Shown here piece by piece: positions 25,697 to 38,473 of a DNA stretch of 64,000 nucleotides. A program made the position numbers and the translations under genes. Under the pieces are notes generated by a model. That model was not told the origin of the DNA. It saw nothing but the letters and a program-made list of their open reading frames with translations, and did no database searches. This DNA is from Sphyrna mokarran (lineage: Eukaryota): contig JAGIQG010000002.1 in the NCBI GenBank assembly GCA_024679065.1, forward strand, positions 117,862,001-117,926,000, in the 5' to 3' direction. The stretch's first letter is position 1; the number at the start of each line of letters is the position of its first letter.

Positions 25697-26252
25697 CAGA
25701 ATATTCTGCAGCGATTCCCACCATGTCGGAACCAGAAAATCTGGTCAAGTGCCAGGAATGCCAGTTTCAGACTGTCTTACAGAAATTGGTTTTGACAGTT
25801 CAGACTAAGTGCCCAGTCCTTGTTTGCTTGGGAATCTTAATAAGTTGTTGCAGCCTAAGCAATGATCAGTCCCAAAAGGCAAAGATGTATTTTTAAATCT
25901 TAAACATTTTAAGGTTTGTCTGGAACCAGGAGGTGGAGGAATGCTTCCCTTGGACTCCGTAGACCATGTGATCACCCCTTACCCTTGCCCATTGCTGCTT
26001 CAACTATCCTTTCCAAGAACTTGATATTTAGGCCACTACAAGTAAGACAAATATTTCAATATTCTCTTAGTGAAATGTGTGACTTTCCCATGGAGTGCAA
26101 CTGATAGAACATTAATTTGGTTGGAGCACACAATGTTACTATGACATTGTTATGGACCCAAAAATAGGTCACAACCAAATTCTGCCCCTATATCTTTGTG
26201 CGGTTTATTTATATTTGAATTTGCAGGTAACTGTTTTGTTGCTTTGTTCTAG

Positions 26253-26376
26253 GAATACCAGGAAAATAATAACAATCTTGTCATTTCTGAGACTGAACTG
26301 AAGCATGTTGCTTATGTCTATAAGTGCAGCAAATCCACACTGAAAATCCAAGGCAAAGTCAATTCCATTATAGTCG
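26253..26376 (+). CDS. CAP2: CAP2 exon: [41 protein letters not shown]
   Basis: TTCTAG acceptor, GTAAGT donor, phase 0 to 1. C-CAP beta-helix sequence. Not in the ORF track. Confidence 0.95.
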
Positions 26377-26538
26377 GTAAGTATGTGAGTCAACACCAAA
26401 AAGGTTAAATACCTGACAGGAATGGCTCATCTTGCACGTGGTAGGGGCATCGCTTTGTTACCTTCAATTGACTGGTTCCATTACTTTTTGTTCATAACAC
26501 TGTGGTTGGTCCCTTAAGTATATTTTATTACATTTCAG

Positions 26539-26621
26539 ATTCTTGTAAAAAGCTTGGCCTCGTGTTTGACAACGTAGTGGGAATAGTTGAAATCATCAAT
26601 TCCAGAGATGTGGAAATTCAG
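26539..26621 (+). CDS. CAP2: CAP2 exon: (D)[27 protein letters not shown]
   Basis: TTTCAG acceptor, GTAACA donor, phase 1 to 0. [16 protein letters not shown] is CAP2-like. Confidence 0.95.
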
Positions 26622-27474
26622 GTAACAATTCATTTGCAGAAACATCAGCAAATACCCAGTATTTAATGGTTCTAAATAATAAAACTTGTAGAAATATTTC
26701 ACGTTTTGTGAAACTTTACAGCATTATAAATGATTACATAATTTACATCGTTATTTACCACAAATTTGAGTCAGTGCATCCTCTTTGTCCATTATTGGAA
26801 TGAAACACATCAGTTTATTATCAGTAGTGAGCTGTGATATTGTAGTTATTTCTCCCTGGTTAATCCAATCTATGGGGATCAATGAAATAGCTAGCAGAAA
26901 CTCCCTAATGATTCCCTCTTTTTTTTTCTTGCATTGATAGTTCAAACCCCTTTATAGATCAAGATTGTAGTAGCTACCTATTTCTCAAAACCATTTGCCA
27001 ATAAACACTGTCCTTCGAAAGTACTTTCAGGTTTGCAGCAGTTATCCACTTTTGAAGCTGATTGCTGATAAGTAGCTTTAAATCTTTGGGCTATAGGCCT
27101 TATTTCTATTTTAATGTTAACGCAAGTCTGCCAATAATATTCAATCAGTATCTTCTTTACACAGTGAATTGTCATGCATTTGGTCCTGGTATTTTGTTTG
27201 TGACATTGGTGCATTGGAGTGGGGAAGCCTGCTGAAGTAGGAGGTGAATTCTATCTAACACATCTCCATCTCCAGGATATAATTTGTTCAATAATCATAA
27301 ATTATTATAGGGAGGCAATGACCTGGTGGTTTTATCACTAGACTATTAATCAAAAACTCAGTTAATGTTCTGGGGACTCAGGTTCAAATCAAACCATGAC
27401 AGATGGTGGAATTTGAATGCAATTTTAAAAATCTGGAATAAAAAAAATCTATTAAATCGCCAATATCATAGATA

Positions 27475-28765
27475 TCGGTCTTCTGCCAATTTGATCCACT
27501 CCACATGATATCAGGAAATAATTGAAGATGCTGGACACTGCAAGGACTAGGAGCCCTGCCAAAATTCCAGCAGTAATCCTAAAGAATTGTGCTCCAGAAC
27601 ATGCTGTACTCCTAGCCAACTTGTTCCAGTACAGCTACTATGGTTGCATCTACCCAGCAATTTGGAAAATAGCCAGGTATGTCCTCTACACAAGAAACAG
27701 GACAAACCCCAGCCAGCCAAATACCACCCCATCAGTCTACTGTTGATCATCAGCAAAGTGACAGAAGAGGTCATCAATAGTGCTATCAAGCAGTACTTAC
27801 TCGGCAATAACCTGTTTATGGATTCTGCAAGAGTCACTCAGCTCCTGACCTCATTATTGCCTTGGTTCAAGTGTGGACAACAAAGCTGAATTCAAGAATT
27901 GAGAGTGACTACCCTTGACATCAAGGCAGCATTTAACCAAATATGCCATTAAGGAACCCTAGCAAAACTGGAGTCAACGGGAATCAGGGAAAATGCTTGG
28001 TTGGTTGGAGCCATACCTGGCACAAAGGAGGACAGTTATGGTGGTTGAAGGTCAACCATCTCAGCTCCAGGCCTTGGCTCACTGCCTAACCATCTTCAGC
28101 TGCTTCATCAATAACCTTCCTTCCATCAGTGAGACAAAAAAAGAGAGGTCATGAGGCTGGCATGCACCGATCTATGCGCTGACAGATCAGAATTGGGAAT
28201 GTTCACTGATGATTGCATAATGTTCAGCACCATTTGTATTTTTTCAAATACTAAAACAGTTCCTGTCCAAATGAAGCAAGATCTGGACAATATTCAGGCT
28301 TAGGCTGATAAGTGGCAAGTAATATTTGTGCCACATAAGTGCCAGGCAATGACGATCTCTAACAAGAGAGGAGCTAACCATCATCCCTTGACATTCAACG
28401 ACATTACCATCTCTGAATCCCCCCAGTATCAACATCCTGAGGGTTACCATCGACCAGAAATTGAACTGGGCTAGCCATATAAATACTGTGGCCACCAAAA
28501 CAGGCGAAGGAGTGGGAATACTGAGATGAGTAATTCACCTCCTGACTCCCCCAACCTGTCCATCATCTACAAGGCATAAATCAGAAGTGTAATAGAGTAC
28601 TCTCCACTTGACTGGATGAATGCAGCTCCAACAACATTCACAAAACTCAAACACCATCCAAGACAAAGCAGCCGACCTGATTGCTAACCTTTCCACAAAC
28701 GTTAATTCCCTCCACCACAGACGAACAGTGGCAGCTGTGTGTGCCTCTACAAGATGCAATGCAGG
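27475..28765 (+). mobile_element. Old CR1/L2-group LINE RT fossil (same family as 61826-64000)
   Basis: LKNCAPE, AKYHPISLLLIISKV, LDIKAAF, MFTDD and IQDKAADLI fragments. Confidence 0.85.
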
Positions 28766-28769
28766 AACT

Positions 28770-29455
28770 CAGCCTGCCAAGGTGCCTACTGGAAATTGCC
28801 AGCCTGGCAAACTGGTAAAGCCCAGGGGGTACCTTGGCACTATCCAGCAGGCATCGGGCAATGTCAACGGGGTGAGACCAGAGAGGGGGCAGGGTCTAAT
28901 GGTGGCTGGGCCTTGTGAGGGGGGACACAATCAATGAGGATATGGGGTCCTTCTGCCACTCTGCATTGGGATCAGTGAGGGAGGCCCATGATTGGGATTG
29001 GCCATCGGGATGCGGGCGATGGGGGTGGTCAGTCGCTGGGGGTGTTGGGATTACGGGGGGTTGGTGGAGGAGGATGGGGATAGGTATTGGCCCAGACATG
29101 TCTGGGAGGCCAGCAATTGGACCTTGAGGGGGAAATCGGTGGGACAAAAAAAAAGAGAGGTCATGGGGCTGGCCAGTGATCAGGAGGCAAGTAGTGCGGT
29201 GTTCCTGTGCATGCGCTGATTTATGTGCTGACAGATCAGCACAGGAACGGTGTCCTTCTCACAGTTGTGCTGCTGCCTCTCCAGCAGGAATAGGCTCTAT
29301 CCACAGTTTTTCAGTGTGATTCACACTAGGGCTCCCTGGGATGCAGAGAGTGTTGGAGATTCACTTTGAAAATAAGGCTTGATTTAAAAAAAAAACCAAA
29401 GGATTTATTCCAGTTTTTATGTGAATTCAGCACTTAAAACTTTTTTGGGAGACCC
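28770..29455. mobile_element. GC-rich non-autonomous DNA-transposon-like element
   Basis: Similarity to 21660-22570 in opposite orientation; ends CAGCACTTAAAACTTTTTTGGGAGA. Confidence 0.45.
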
Positions 29456-30247
29456 CCACCCAACATTCTTATAGACTTAAACCACTTCACAATAAGTTAA
29501 CAGATGACATAGGCTTACGTAGTTTACTTAATAGTCCTAAAGCTTTTGAACACCTTTAGAGAGAGAGAGAGAGAGACGAGTGGAGAGACACCTGTCTTTT
29601 GTCGGCCCCAAACATAAGCCTTCAGAGAGACAGAAAGACAGCCCTTGCTTCTTTCAAGACCAGGCAGAAACTGGCTGTTTTAGAATGAAAAAGAACTGTG
29701 TTTTCTCTCTACAAGAGTAGCTCCACCCATTCATGTGATTCTGCTTCTGTCAATCAACCTAATCAAAACCCAACTCTGAAAGCCCAGGCGAGAAAACAAA
29801 AATGCTTTAACTCAGTTTAAAGCAAATGCGTTCTGAACTAAAATCAATCACTATCCTGCTTTCTCAGCAGGTGAGCTGCCTGGTGCAGACAAATAGGCAT
29901 GGTGTAAAATAGAGCTGAATTGGATGCATACCCCTTACAAAAAACTTGATACTCAAGAGTAAATTGAGACTCAAATGGAGTAAGTGTCTCACTGCAGCAG
30001 TGTCTGTTATTCTGAAGAGAATTTTCCAGTCCGTTAAGTTAACATTATTCACCTTGCCACAATATCTTACTCACGTACATATCAAAGTATGGCATTAATA
30101 ATCTCAATCAGTTACACAGTTTCTCTTTTTGAAGAATGTTATATTTGTTGTGGAACCTTTGGCAATCCCTCTTCAACTGTTAAAGCATCTTTTAAGAGTC
30201 GGCATTGTTCAGTTGGAATACAAACAATTTTGTGTATTGTTTTACAG

Positions 30248-30388
30248 GTCATGGGCAAAGTACCCACTATATCTATAAATAAGACAGAGGGATGTCACAT
30301 ATACCTCAGTGAAGAGTCTTTAGGATGTGAGATTATCAGTGCCAAGTCTTCTGAAATGAATGTCCTAATTCCTCAGGATGATGATTAC
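30248..30388 (+). CDS. CAP2: CAP2 exon: [47 protein letters not shown]
   Basis: TTTACAG acceptor, GTAAGT donor, phase 0 to 0. Confidence 0.97.
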
Positions 30389-31227
30389 GTAAGTTTTACA
30401 CAGCCATAAACATTTGTTGTTTTGCAATGTTTTGACATTTTTCAGAATCTGATGTGATTACAAAAGGGTTCAGATTGGACTCCCTCAGGATAAATCTTTG
30501 GTTTCTGCTCCTCTAGTGGAGAATGTCATTGGAAGCATACAGCTGATTTCCTAATATGCAAAGCTCCGAATAGAAAGCTGAAGATAAACATTTGTTCCTT
30601 TCCCAAAAACACTTGGGGGAGCTCGTCCTACACATGCTAACATGTGTAGAAAGTTGAGCAGCTTAATTTAAAACAAACAAGTTGGTTTAACACAGATTAA
30701 CAATAAAATTCAAGTTACACATTTTAAGACACGCAGTCTTTAACCAGTTGCAAGTTGTATCTAATTAAGCTGTCATTTATCAACATTTCTCCCTGTAAAA
30801 CACGTTTGTGACAATTCAGATATGTAATCAGCATAGTTCAGTAAATAAGAATCTGAATTTTCCAAATTCAGCGACGAGAGAATTGATTGTAATATTTCAT
30901 CTAAGGACATACTTTAATTTTAAAAATTGATAAAACTGTATGTTGAATAAAATATTTTTTAAATGATTTAATTGCCTAATGTGGGACACAAAACCCATTA
31001 TCTATCAATTGAGATACCCAGGCTGTGTAAAAGTCCCTGCACAAAGCCTTAACATGTTAGGGGTGGAATTTAATGCCCTCCTCCCAAAGGTAGTTTGGAG
31101 GCATTTAATCAAGTGAATGGGGACTTTCTCTTCTTGGCCCTGATTAAGCCTGGGATAGAAAGTCTCATGGATGGCCATTCCACTTGATAAATTGAGGCCA
31201 TTAACTGGGCAATAAATGCTCACTTAA

Positions 31228-31526
31228 TAGAACATAGAACATTACTGCGCAGAACAGGCCCTTCGGCCTTCGATGTTGCGCCGACCAATTACAAAAAAGC
31301 AATGACCCTCTAACCTAAACCATTCCCTTTTCGTCCATAAACTTATCTACTAACTTCTTAAACGCCACCAAACTTGGCGCATCTACAACTGCAACAGGCA
31401 GGGCATTCCATACCCTTACCACCCTCTGGGTAAAGAACCTATCTCTGACATCCGTCCTATAACTACCACCCCTTAATTTAAAGCTGTGACCCCTTGTGCT
31501 AGCTTTCTCCATCCTGGGAAAAAGGG
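31228..31526 (-). mobile_element. Short 3' copy of the young CR1 family, TSD CTTAA
   Basis: MEKASTRGHSFKLRG...DKFMDEKGMV. CTTAA at 31223-31227 and 31527-31531. Confidence 0.92.
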
Positions 31527-33680
31527 CTTAAGGGCCTAATGCCATGAGAGAACTCTGGAAAAGCAAACCCTGATGTTTACAGGCTTCTGAAATGGGTAGG
31601 GGGCTGGACAGTCCCTCATTCAAAGGCACTCAGTGCCTGATTGAGAAACCCAGGATTGGGAATAGGCCAAAGCCTGTAATTGCTGCAAATCTCTTCCCCT
31701 CGACCCTCATCCCTCCCTCACTCACCTCTGGTCTGGGTCCTTCAGCAATCCTAGGCTTTTGGGGAATGCATTTCTGGCAGCTATCAGCACTCCCCCAATG
31801 GCACTGCCTGAAATGCCTGGCTGCCAACCTTTGATTAGCAAGCAGCTCTTGAGAACAGAGCGAATTTCCATCCTTGGGATCGTTAATCCTGGAAAAGGCC
31901 CATGCTGACCACTTAAGTGCCTGAGAAGCATTTAATTTAGCAGACCTTCTGCAAAGGAGGTGATGCAGGACTCATGCCAACTCGCCATCTGACAGATGAA
32001 GCCACTGTTGCTTACATTAAATACACTCTAGCCCAGCTCCAACTGACCCCATTTAATAGGTATCAATCATGTAAAATCTCATTGAGAATGAGATATCATT
32101 ACAGATTGGGAACTGGGATGCATAATCAGGCTATGGACGGTGAGATTTTATAATTAATGCTGGCAAATTATGTTTGTTTTAAACATTATTTGCAACCATG
32201 AAATTAGTGCTGATGGGACATATTCCAATCTCCTGCTACTTATTGGAAAGGGGTCAGAAACAGTTGTCATGCACCAGCAGCCGCAATGTTGGCTGAGTGC
32301 AAAATGTGCAACTGTTCCTGATGCCTTTCTAGTCACTGACAGGAGTTAGTGTTGCTGAAAAGAAAGCAATGTTTGTGCAGTTAAAAACTTGAAACAGCAG
32401 CAGTCAAAAATGCTCATGGAATGTTGGCCTTTATTTCAGTGGGACTGTATTGCAAAGGGAATGAAGTTACGCTTCTTCTGTAGATATCCTTGGTAAGACC
32501 TTATCAAGAATACTGCATTCAGGTTTGGGCACTGGACTTAAGGAAGAATATATAAAATTGACTATCGTGCATATTCACCAAAATGATACTGGGGCTTCAA
32601 GAATTAAATTTTAGAGGCATTAATTGCATTCTTGACAGATATTGGACAGTATGGGGTAGTCTTTATGGATTAGCACTTCCAGAACTAGATATTCACATGA
32701 TGAATACATTTTGAGAATTTGGGCACAGAGTTTGGTTGCACGCGATCAATTTTCTGCCCATTAAATATTATTGGATAGAAATTCTGCACTAACATGTACT
32801 CATGTACATTTCTAGAAATAGAGTTCTGTGCCAGGATCTTGAGTTGCTAAAATCCTGTGGTGCTCAAAATCCTAGTCTGTTTTCCTTGCAAAGGTTGACC
32901 AATGTTCCTTTATATTTTTCAATCATATTAACTTGTGGTTTGGATAATGATTGTAAAGGTATAAATTATGGTTGGGTATGCTTTAGGAAATCTTAGGTAG
33001 CTCCCCTCCCAAGGATGTCATCCTGTATAAAATAAATGAATAATGCTCCCACGTAAACTGCAAGGAATAGAAACACATAAAGCCTTGATAAGATAACTAA
33101 AGGGTAATCTTTACTTGTGCCATAAGTGTCCAAACACTGACCCAGCTAATCTGATATGTGAACTCAGAAAACTGTCCTGTTTATATTTAATTTTAAATTC
33201 ATTTTGTAAAGTTGCTGTATTGTATAGTTGCAAAGAGAGGAAAATAAAAGTTGCTGACATAGTTGAGGGTAAGTGGGAAAGCACACACTTTGGGGGTCAG
33301 TCCTGTTTCGAATTTATGGAACTGGAAGTTTAAGAAGGTTGCCTTTTGAGTGGAAAGTCCCAAATCAGAACATCAAGATCTGGAAATATACTGTATGGGA
33401 ACACAACTTTAAACACTGAATGCACTCCACCACTGAGGCTTGCCAAGGTAAAAAAAAGTTTGAACAGCTTGAATATATAGTTGAAAAAGAGGTATCTTCA
33501 AGGCTTTCAGGAAGGGACAGGAACTAATTTGATAGCTCTTTGCAAGAGCTGACACAGTAGCAAAGGCCAAATGGACTACGTGATTCTATGCTCCTTCCCT
33601 CAGCTGCTGAGAATTACTAATAATCTGTTGTCATTGTAGGTGCTAGCTAGATAGTATTATTTCAAGAATGAAATCATATT

Positions 33681-33687
33681 TACTAAC
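33681..33687 (+). promoter_or_regulatory. Perfect TACTAAC branch-point motif of the last CAP2 intron
   Basis: Lies just over 20 nt upstream of the TTGTAG acceptor, before a pyrimidine tract. Confidence 0.65.
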
Positions 33688-33709
33688 AGGCATTTTGTTT
33701 CCCTTGTAG

Positions 33710-33793
33710 AAAGAATATCCAATCCCTGAACAGTTCAAGACTACGTGGAATGGTTCAAAACTGCTGACCGAAGCAGCAGAGAACGTTGGCTAA
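33710..33793 (+). CDS. CAP2: CAP2 last coding exon: KEYPIPEQFKTTWNGSKLLTEAAENVG*
   Basis: CCCTTGTAG acceptor, stop TAA at 33791-33793. PIPEQFKT.W.GSKL.TE is the CAP C-terminus. Confidence 0.96.
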   Translation, partial: KEYPIPEQFKTTWNGSKLLTEAAENVG

Positions 33794-35014
33794 CTGCCAA
33801 AATTATAGGTTGTTCTGTAATTCATGTATTGTATTCCAGAGTTATAGTTCATCATAATGCAGTTTTACACTTTGTGTAGCCATAGCATATAATACCACAG
33901 TAGTCAGACACCTTGCAGTAGCTGCATTACAAGTAGTGCAATAATTGATGGTCTTACTGACAACTCTATGTTTTAGCAACTGTGGGTTACATAACGCTTG
34001 TACATATTTTGAGTGTCATCGACATCTTTGTACTATTTGAGCTTTGTATGACAAAATCTCACTCCGTTCTTTCATGAGTTTAGATAATCCAGGATTTCAA
34101 TTCATTCAAAATTAATCATTGCACCAGTTGGTTCAAATCGGTGTTATAATTGGGCATCTCACCACAGTGTCCTTTTCTTGCCTCTTTTTTTAAAAATTGC
34201 CATTTAAGTTTATCCCAAGGACACCAATTAATCTCTAATACATAGTTGCTTTGAAACATTTCAGTTAATGTTCCGTATGCCCTTGTATTGCCGATAATTT
34301 CCAATGTTGCATAATATCTTGTCACGTTTTCTTGGTCAGGATGGATGTTGCCCTTTCAGAGAAAAACTGGACAACAAATTGTAGTTTTAAAACAACTTTT
34401 TTTGTTTTGCTGCATTTATTATAGCATTTTTGTTTTTCTTAATTTTGTTTTGTGCGCTAATTTGCCCATCTATATTGAGTCTAAATTTGTAATTGGGGGA
34501 AAGGACTCAAATTACACAAGAAGTTAACACCTGTCTTTTCTTAAGGTGTTGGCACAATGTGGTAGTAGGTAGAAGCAGTCACTTGGATAAAAGTAGCTTT
34601 TATTCTGTTCCCCTTTCTCCAAGCCTTTACTGAAATGGCCAGGCCATTTCAAAGCAATCAGGAGCGTAGATCAAAGATCTGTATATCTGTATTGTCCAGT
34701 GTCTTGTAAATGCAGCAATCAGATCCTGGCAGAGACATTACAATGTAATGACTTGCATAACCTCTTGTTATTCAGGTACCAAGATGTCCTCGCACACTGC
34801 ACCGACAAGATTAACGTAGACTTCTGCTGTTCTAAGTTTCAAAGTTTGTCCTTGACAATATCTTAGTGTAGAAAATGGATACGGTTTGTTGCAATGTAGT
34901 ATTGCAGTTGTTCCTGTTAATGAACTTATTTCTGAGGGATTAGTTATTGTAATTTGTAATATCACTAGATAGTTTGAAGACTATTGTCATGTGTCACAAG
35001 GAAGGCGTTCTGCA

Positions 35015-35020
35015 AATAAA
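35015..35020 (+). terminator. Probable CAP2 polyadenylation signal (AATAAA); alternative at 35248-35253
   Basis: Follows ~1.2 kb of AT-rich, apparently repeat-free 3' UTR-like sequence, with T/GT-rich sequence downstream. Confidence 0.55.
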
Positions 35021-38000
35021 AATCAAACTGTTGAAAACTATAATGATCAACATGATGCTTTATCATTTCAATTTTGGGGACTGTGGTGGATATTACTAAT
35101 ATAACTAAATTCCATGCTCCACTTATATACCTTTTATGTTTTGCACAATGTAGTTTGTTTGCTACACCAGACTAATATTTTTTTGAAAGAAATAGTATTT
35201 ATTACCTGTAAGCTCCACAAGACACATAAATGAGATTGTGAATCTTAAATAAAAAATAGAAAATGTTGCACGATATAGAGCAGAACTTGCCGAATCTAGA
35301 GAGACATAAACCAAGTTAGCATTTCAGGTGGAATGTTCATCAGAGCTGGATGAAATTCATATCAGTTTATGAATTCTAATGTTGTATTCAAGTTTCTCCG
35401 GGGAACTCCTTCCATAACTTGCAAGTGTGTAATTACATTGCTTGGTTTGGTACTTAACCTTTCACGATTGCATGATATCCCAGAGTACCTTTGAAGTGTA
35501 GTCATTGTTGTCATGCAGGTAACGTGAGAGCCAATTTGCACACAGGAAGTTCCCACAGACAGCAGTGTGACAATGATCGGCTAATCTGTTTTAGTGATGT
35601 TGGTTACAGACCATGTGGTTCCAGGCTCAATCCCAGCCAGTGTATTTGGCGTACTAAATTAACCTTATTGTTCCTGGATTAGGGAATGGAAAGAAATTCA
35701 GCAAAGAACATTGTTTCTTACTGTTATCCAGTGCCTGTTATTGAAAATGTACAAACTTGGACACCTGGTAAAACATGGATAGGACTCCACTGTAGTGCCC
35801 TATGCCACAGTTCATCAACACAGATTCAGATCTGAAGAACATTGGTCCATGGCTGTGGAACTCAACGTGAATCAGCACCATCATAAGAAAGGAGAATAAA
35901 ACCAAGTGGGAAAATAAATTTGAGCTCTGCAGGAGGTGGTTTCAGTTTCTTGATTATAGAAGTAGAATCTAATTTCCTCACTGGGAGGGATTACGTCATA
36001 TCTCACTCATCTTCCACCACTGACACACACACCAATCCTGTGTTAATAGTGAGAGAACAGGCTAATAGGAGAGACAGCAGTGATATTGTTAGCGGACTAG
36101 TATTCCAGAGACCCAGAATAATATTGGGGACCACAGCAGATTGTGAACTTTGCATTCAACAAAAATCTGGAATTAAAGGCCAATAATGACCATTAAGATA
36201 TCGGTGATCAAAAAAATCCACCTGATTCACTAATATCCTTTAGGAAAGGAAATCTGCCATCTTTACCTAGTTAGGTCTATATGTGACTCCAGAACCACAA
36301 CAATGTGGTTAGCTCAGAAATGTCCTAGCAAGCCACTCTGTTCAAGGTCAATAAGGAATAAATGCTGGCTTTGCCAGTGATATCCACATCCCATGAATTA
36401 ATTTTTTCAAATTAAGCTTCAGCTATTTTGTGTCTCCATTAACAGAGTGAACACTAACTTATCTACAAACCTAAAACTGTTCACTTTGAGCTGAGAAATG
36501 TGCAGCCCATGTTTGATGCTGTAGCAGGGAAAGATCCAAGTGGTGCTGTGATTAAAGGAAGGGAAGAAAAATTTAAAAGAATCCTAGAGCCTTGAAGATA
36601 TATTGCGATGAAGGCTCTATCCAAGATAGGGACATTCAACAGGGAAACTCTTGGAGAAATGTGCCCTCTTTCCCACTACCTCATTTATATCACCTGTTGC
36701 CATTATCACTACTATTTTTGAGGATGTAATGGATATTTCCCTATACACACGAGTGCAGGCAATTATAGACTTGATTTAAACTGACACAAATACAATTGAT
36801 AATTTTAAAATGGGAGGCACAAGAAAACAGACATGCAAATGAACTTAATGACATGAACACATTTAGCTTTTTTATAGTGAGGTACAATAAGAAAGTATTC
36901 ATTTACTCTTAAATGTTTCCAATTATTTTTCATCATTGACTTATGTAATTGCTGTAAGTAGAGTTTTATCATGTTGTGCTTAGAGAAATTGAATCCTTTT
37001 ATGAAGCACAATTTGGAATGGTATGAAGTGAACTCAGAGACAATGACCTGGATTTTCATTCTCAACAGGAATCATGAGTTGAGTCATTTCCTGCTTTCAC
37101 AATCCCACCTCCCGTTGAGCAGTGCCTGTTCACGATATTTTCATTGTGCGGTGATGGGAACGGGCTAGGGCCAAGATTGTTGCATCCAGAAGCAAGAGGG
37201 AATGGAGGCAGATGGATGCTGAGGCGGGCAGGTTAGAAGGTCCACTTCAATTCACTGGGATACCAGCCCAGATCTGTCAACAAATACTGGGCATTTAAAC
37301 ATCAGCCCCATCCCTCCCAACTTTATGCCATTCATTTCTTCCATTTTTCAACCCTTCATATCCACATACATTCTCCATGTGCACCATGCATCCTCCATAC
37401 CTAGTCACTGTAGGCAGAAGTCATGAGTTCCATAAAAACATTCAGCAGAAAGCTGACTTCTTTGCTAGATCAGTCATTAATTTGGTTTACTGCAAAGGTT
37501 TCACTGTTTTCAGTTTTACAGCATTTGTGATACAATTGAGAAATTGAATGTGATTAGGAATCGTTGGCTGAGCTCCAAGCCTCACTAATGGAGTTAGATT
37601 TTACACTTGCCTGTGCAAATGTCTGAAGGGAGGCGGCTCGCTAAATCTGGTAGGTTGTCTGCCTGCTCCCAATGCTATTATACTACCGGTGGACATGGCA
37701 TGGGTAGCATACCCACCAATGGCCAGTTGAAACCCTTAAATGTGCAATTAGTTCCAATTTAAGGTCCATCTCCCCCTGCTGCTTGGATTTAACAAATGGC
37801 AAGAAGGACCCATATCAAGCATTGATGTTTCCTTTGTGGACAGCTGGCGAGCAGGGTGTCTCTCTCTCTGTAACAGAACCCTGAGGCCCAAGTTGCCTGG
37901 TTGGCACCAACAAGATTCCTATATATATTTCCAAATCCCAATCGAATGATGCACATCTCTGTCTCAAAGTGCTGAAAAGCTATCAGACTCTTGATTGGCC

Positions 38001-38473
38001 AACAGCTCTCTGAAGTAGGACCTCTTGTTCCTGATGGACAGAAATCCAACCTGGAGGCTATTAATGGCCATTTGGGCGTGAAATGTCTGCAGGACTGCCA
38101 TTGCTGTCCTCAATGGGCTGCCTGCCCTAACTTGGGGAATCTGTCTCCTAATATAATTCAGTTTTGTGGAACTTTTTTACATAGCTGTGAAGAAGGCTTT
38201 AGGTTTTGTCTCATTGGCAGTTTATGAACTGTTTAAAGAATAATGTTTCTTTGAAGTGGTTTTAAATACCAATTTGTATATTTTGATAGATTTATGCAAA
38301 ATTAATAAGATTAAGGGGCATTTGAATGGATTTTTTGGATGGTTTCATGAACTTTTCAAAAACCTGCAAGTATAATTACCGAGTTCAAGAGTTCTGTCCG
38401 TGGTGGGTACTAGAAGAGTGCTTCAAAGGGGCCCATCAGATATCTGGACTTTAAATCAATAAAAAGGTGAAAG

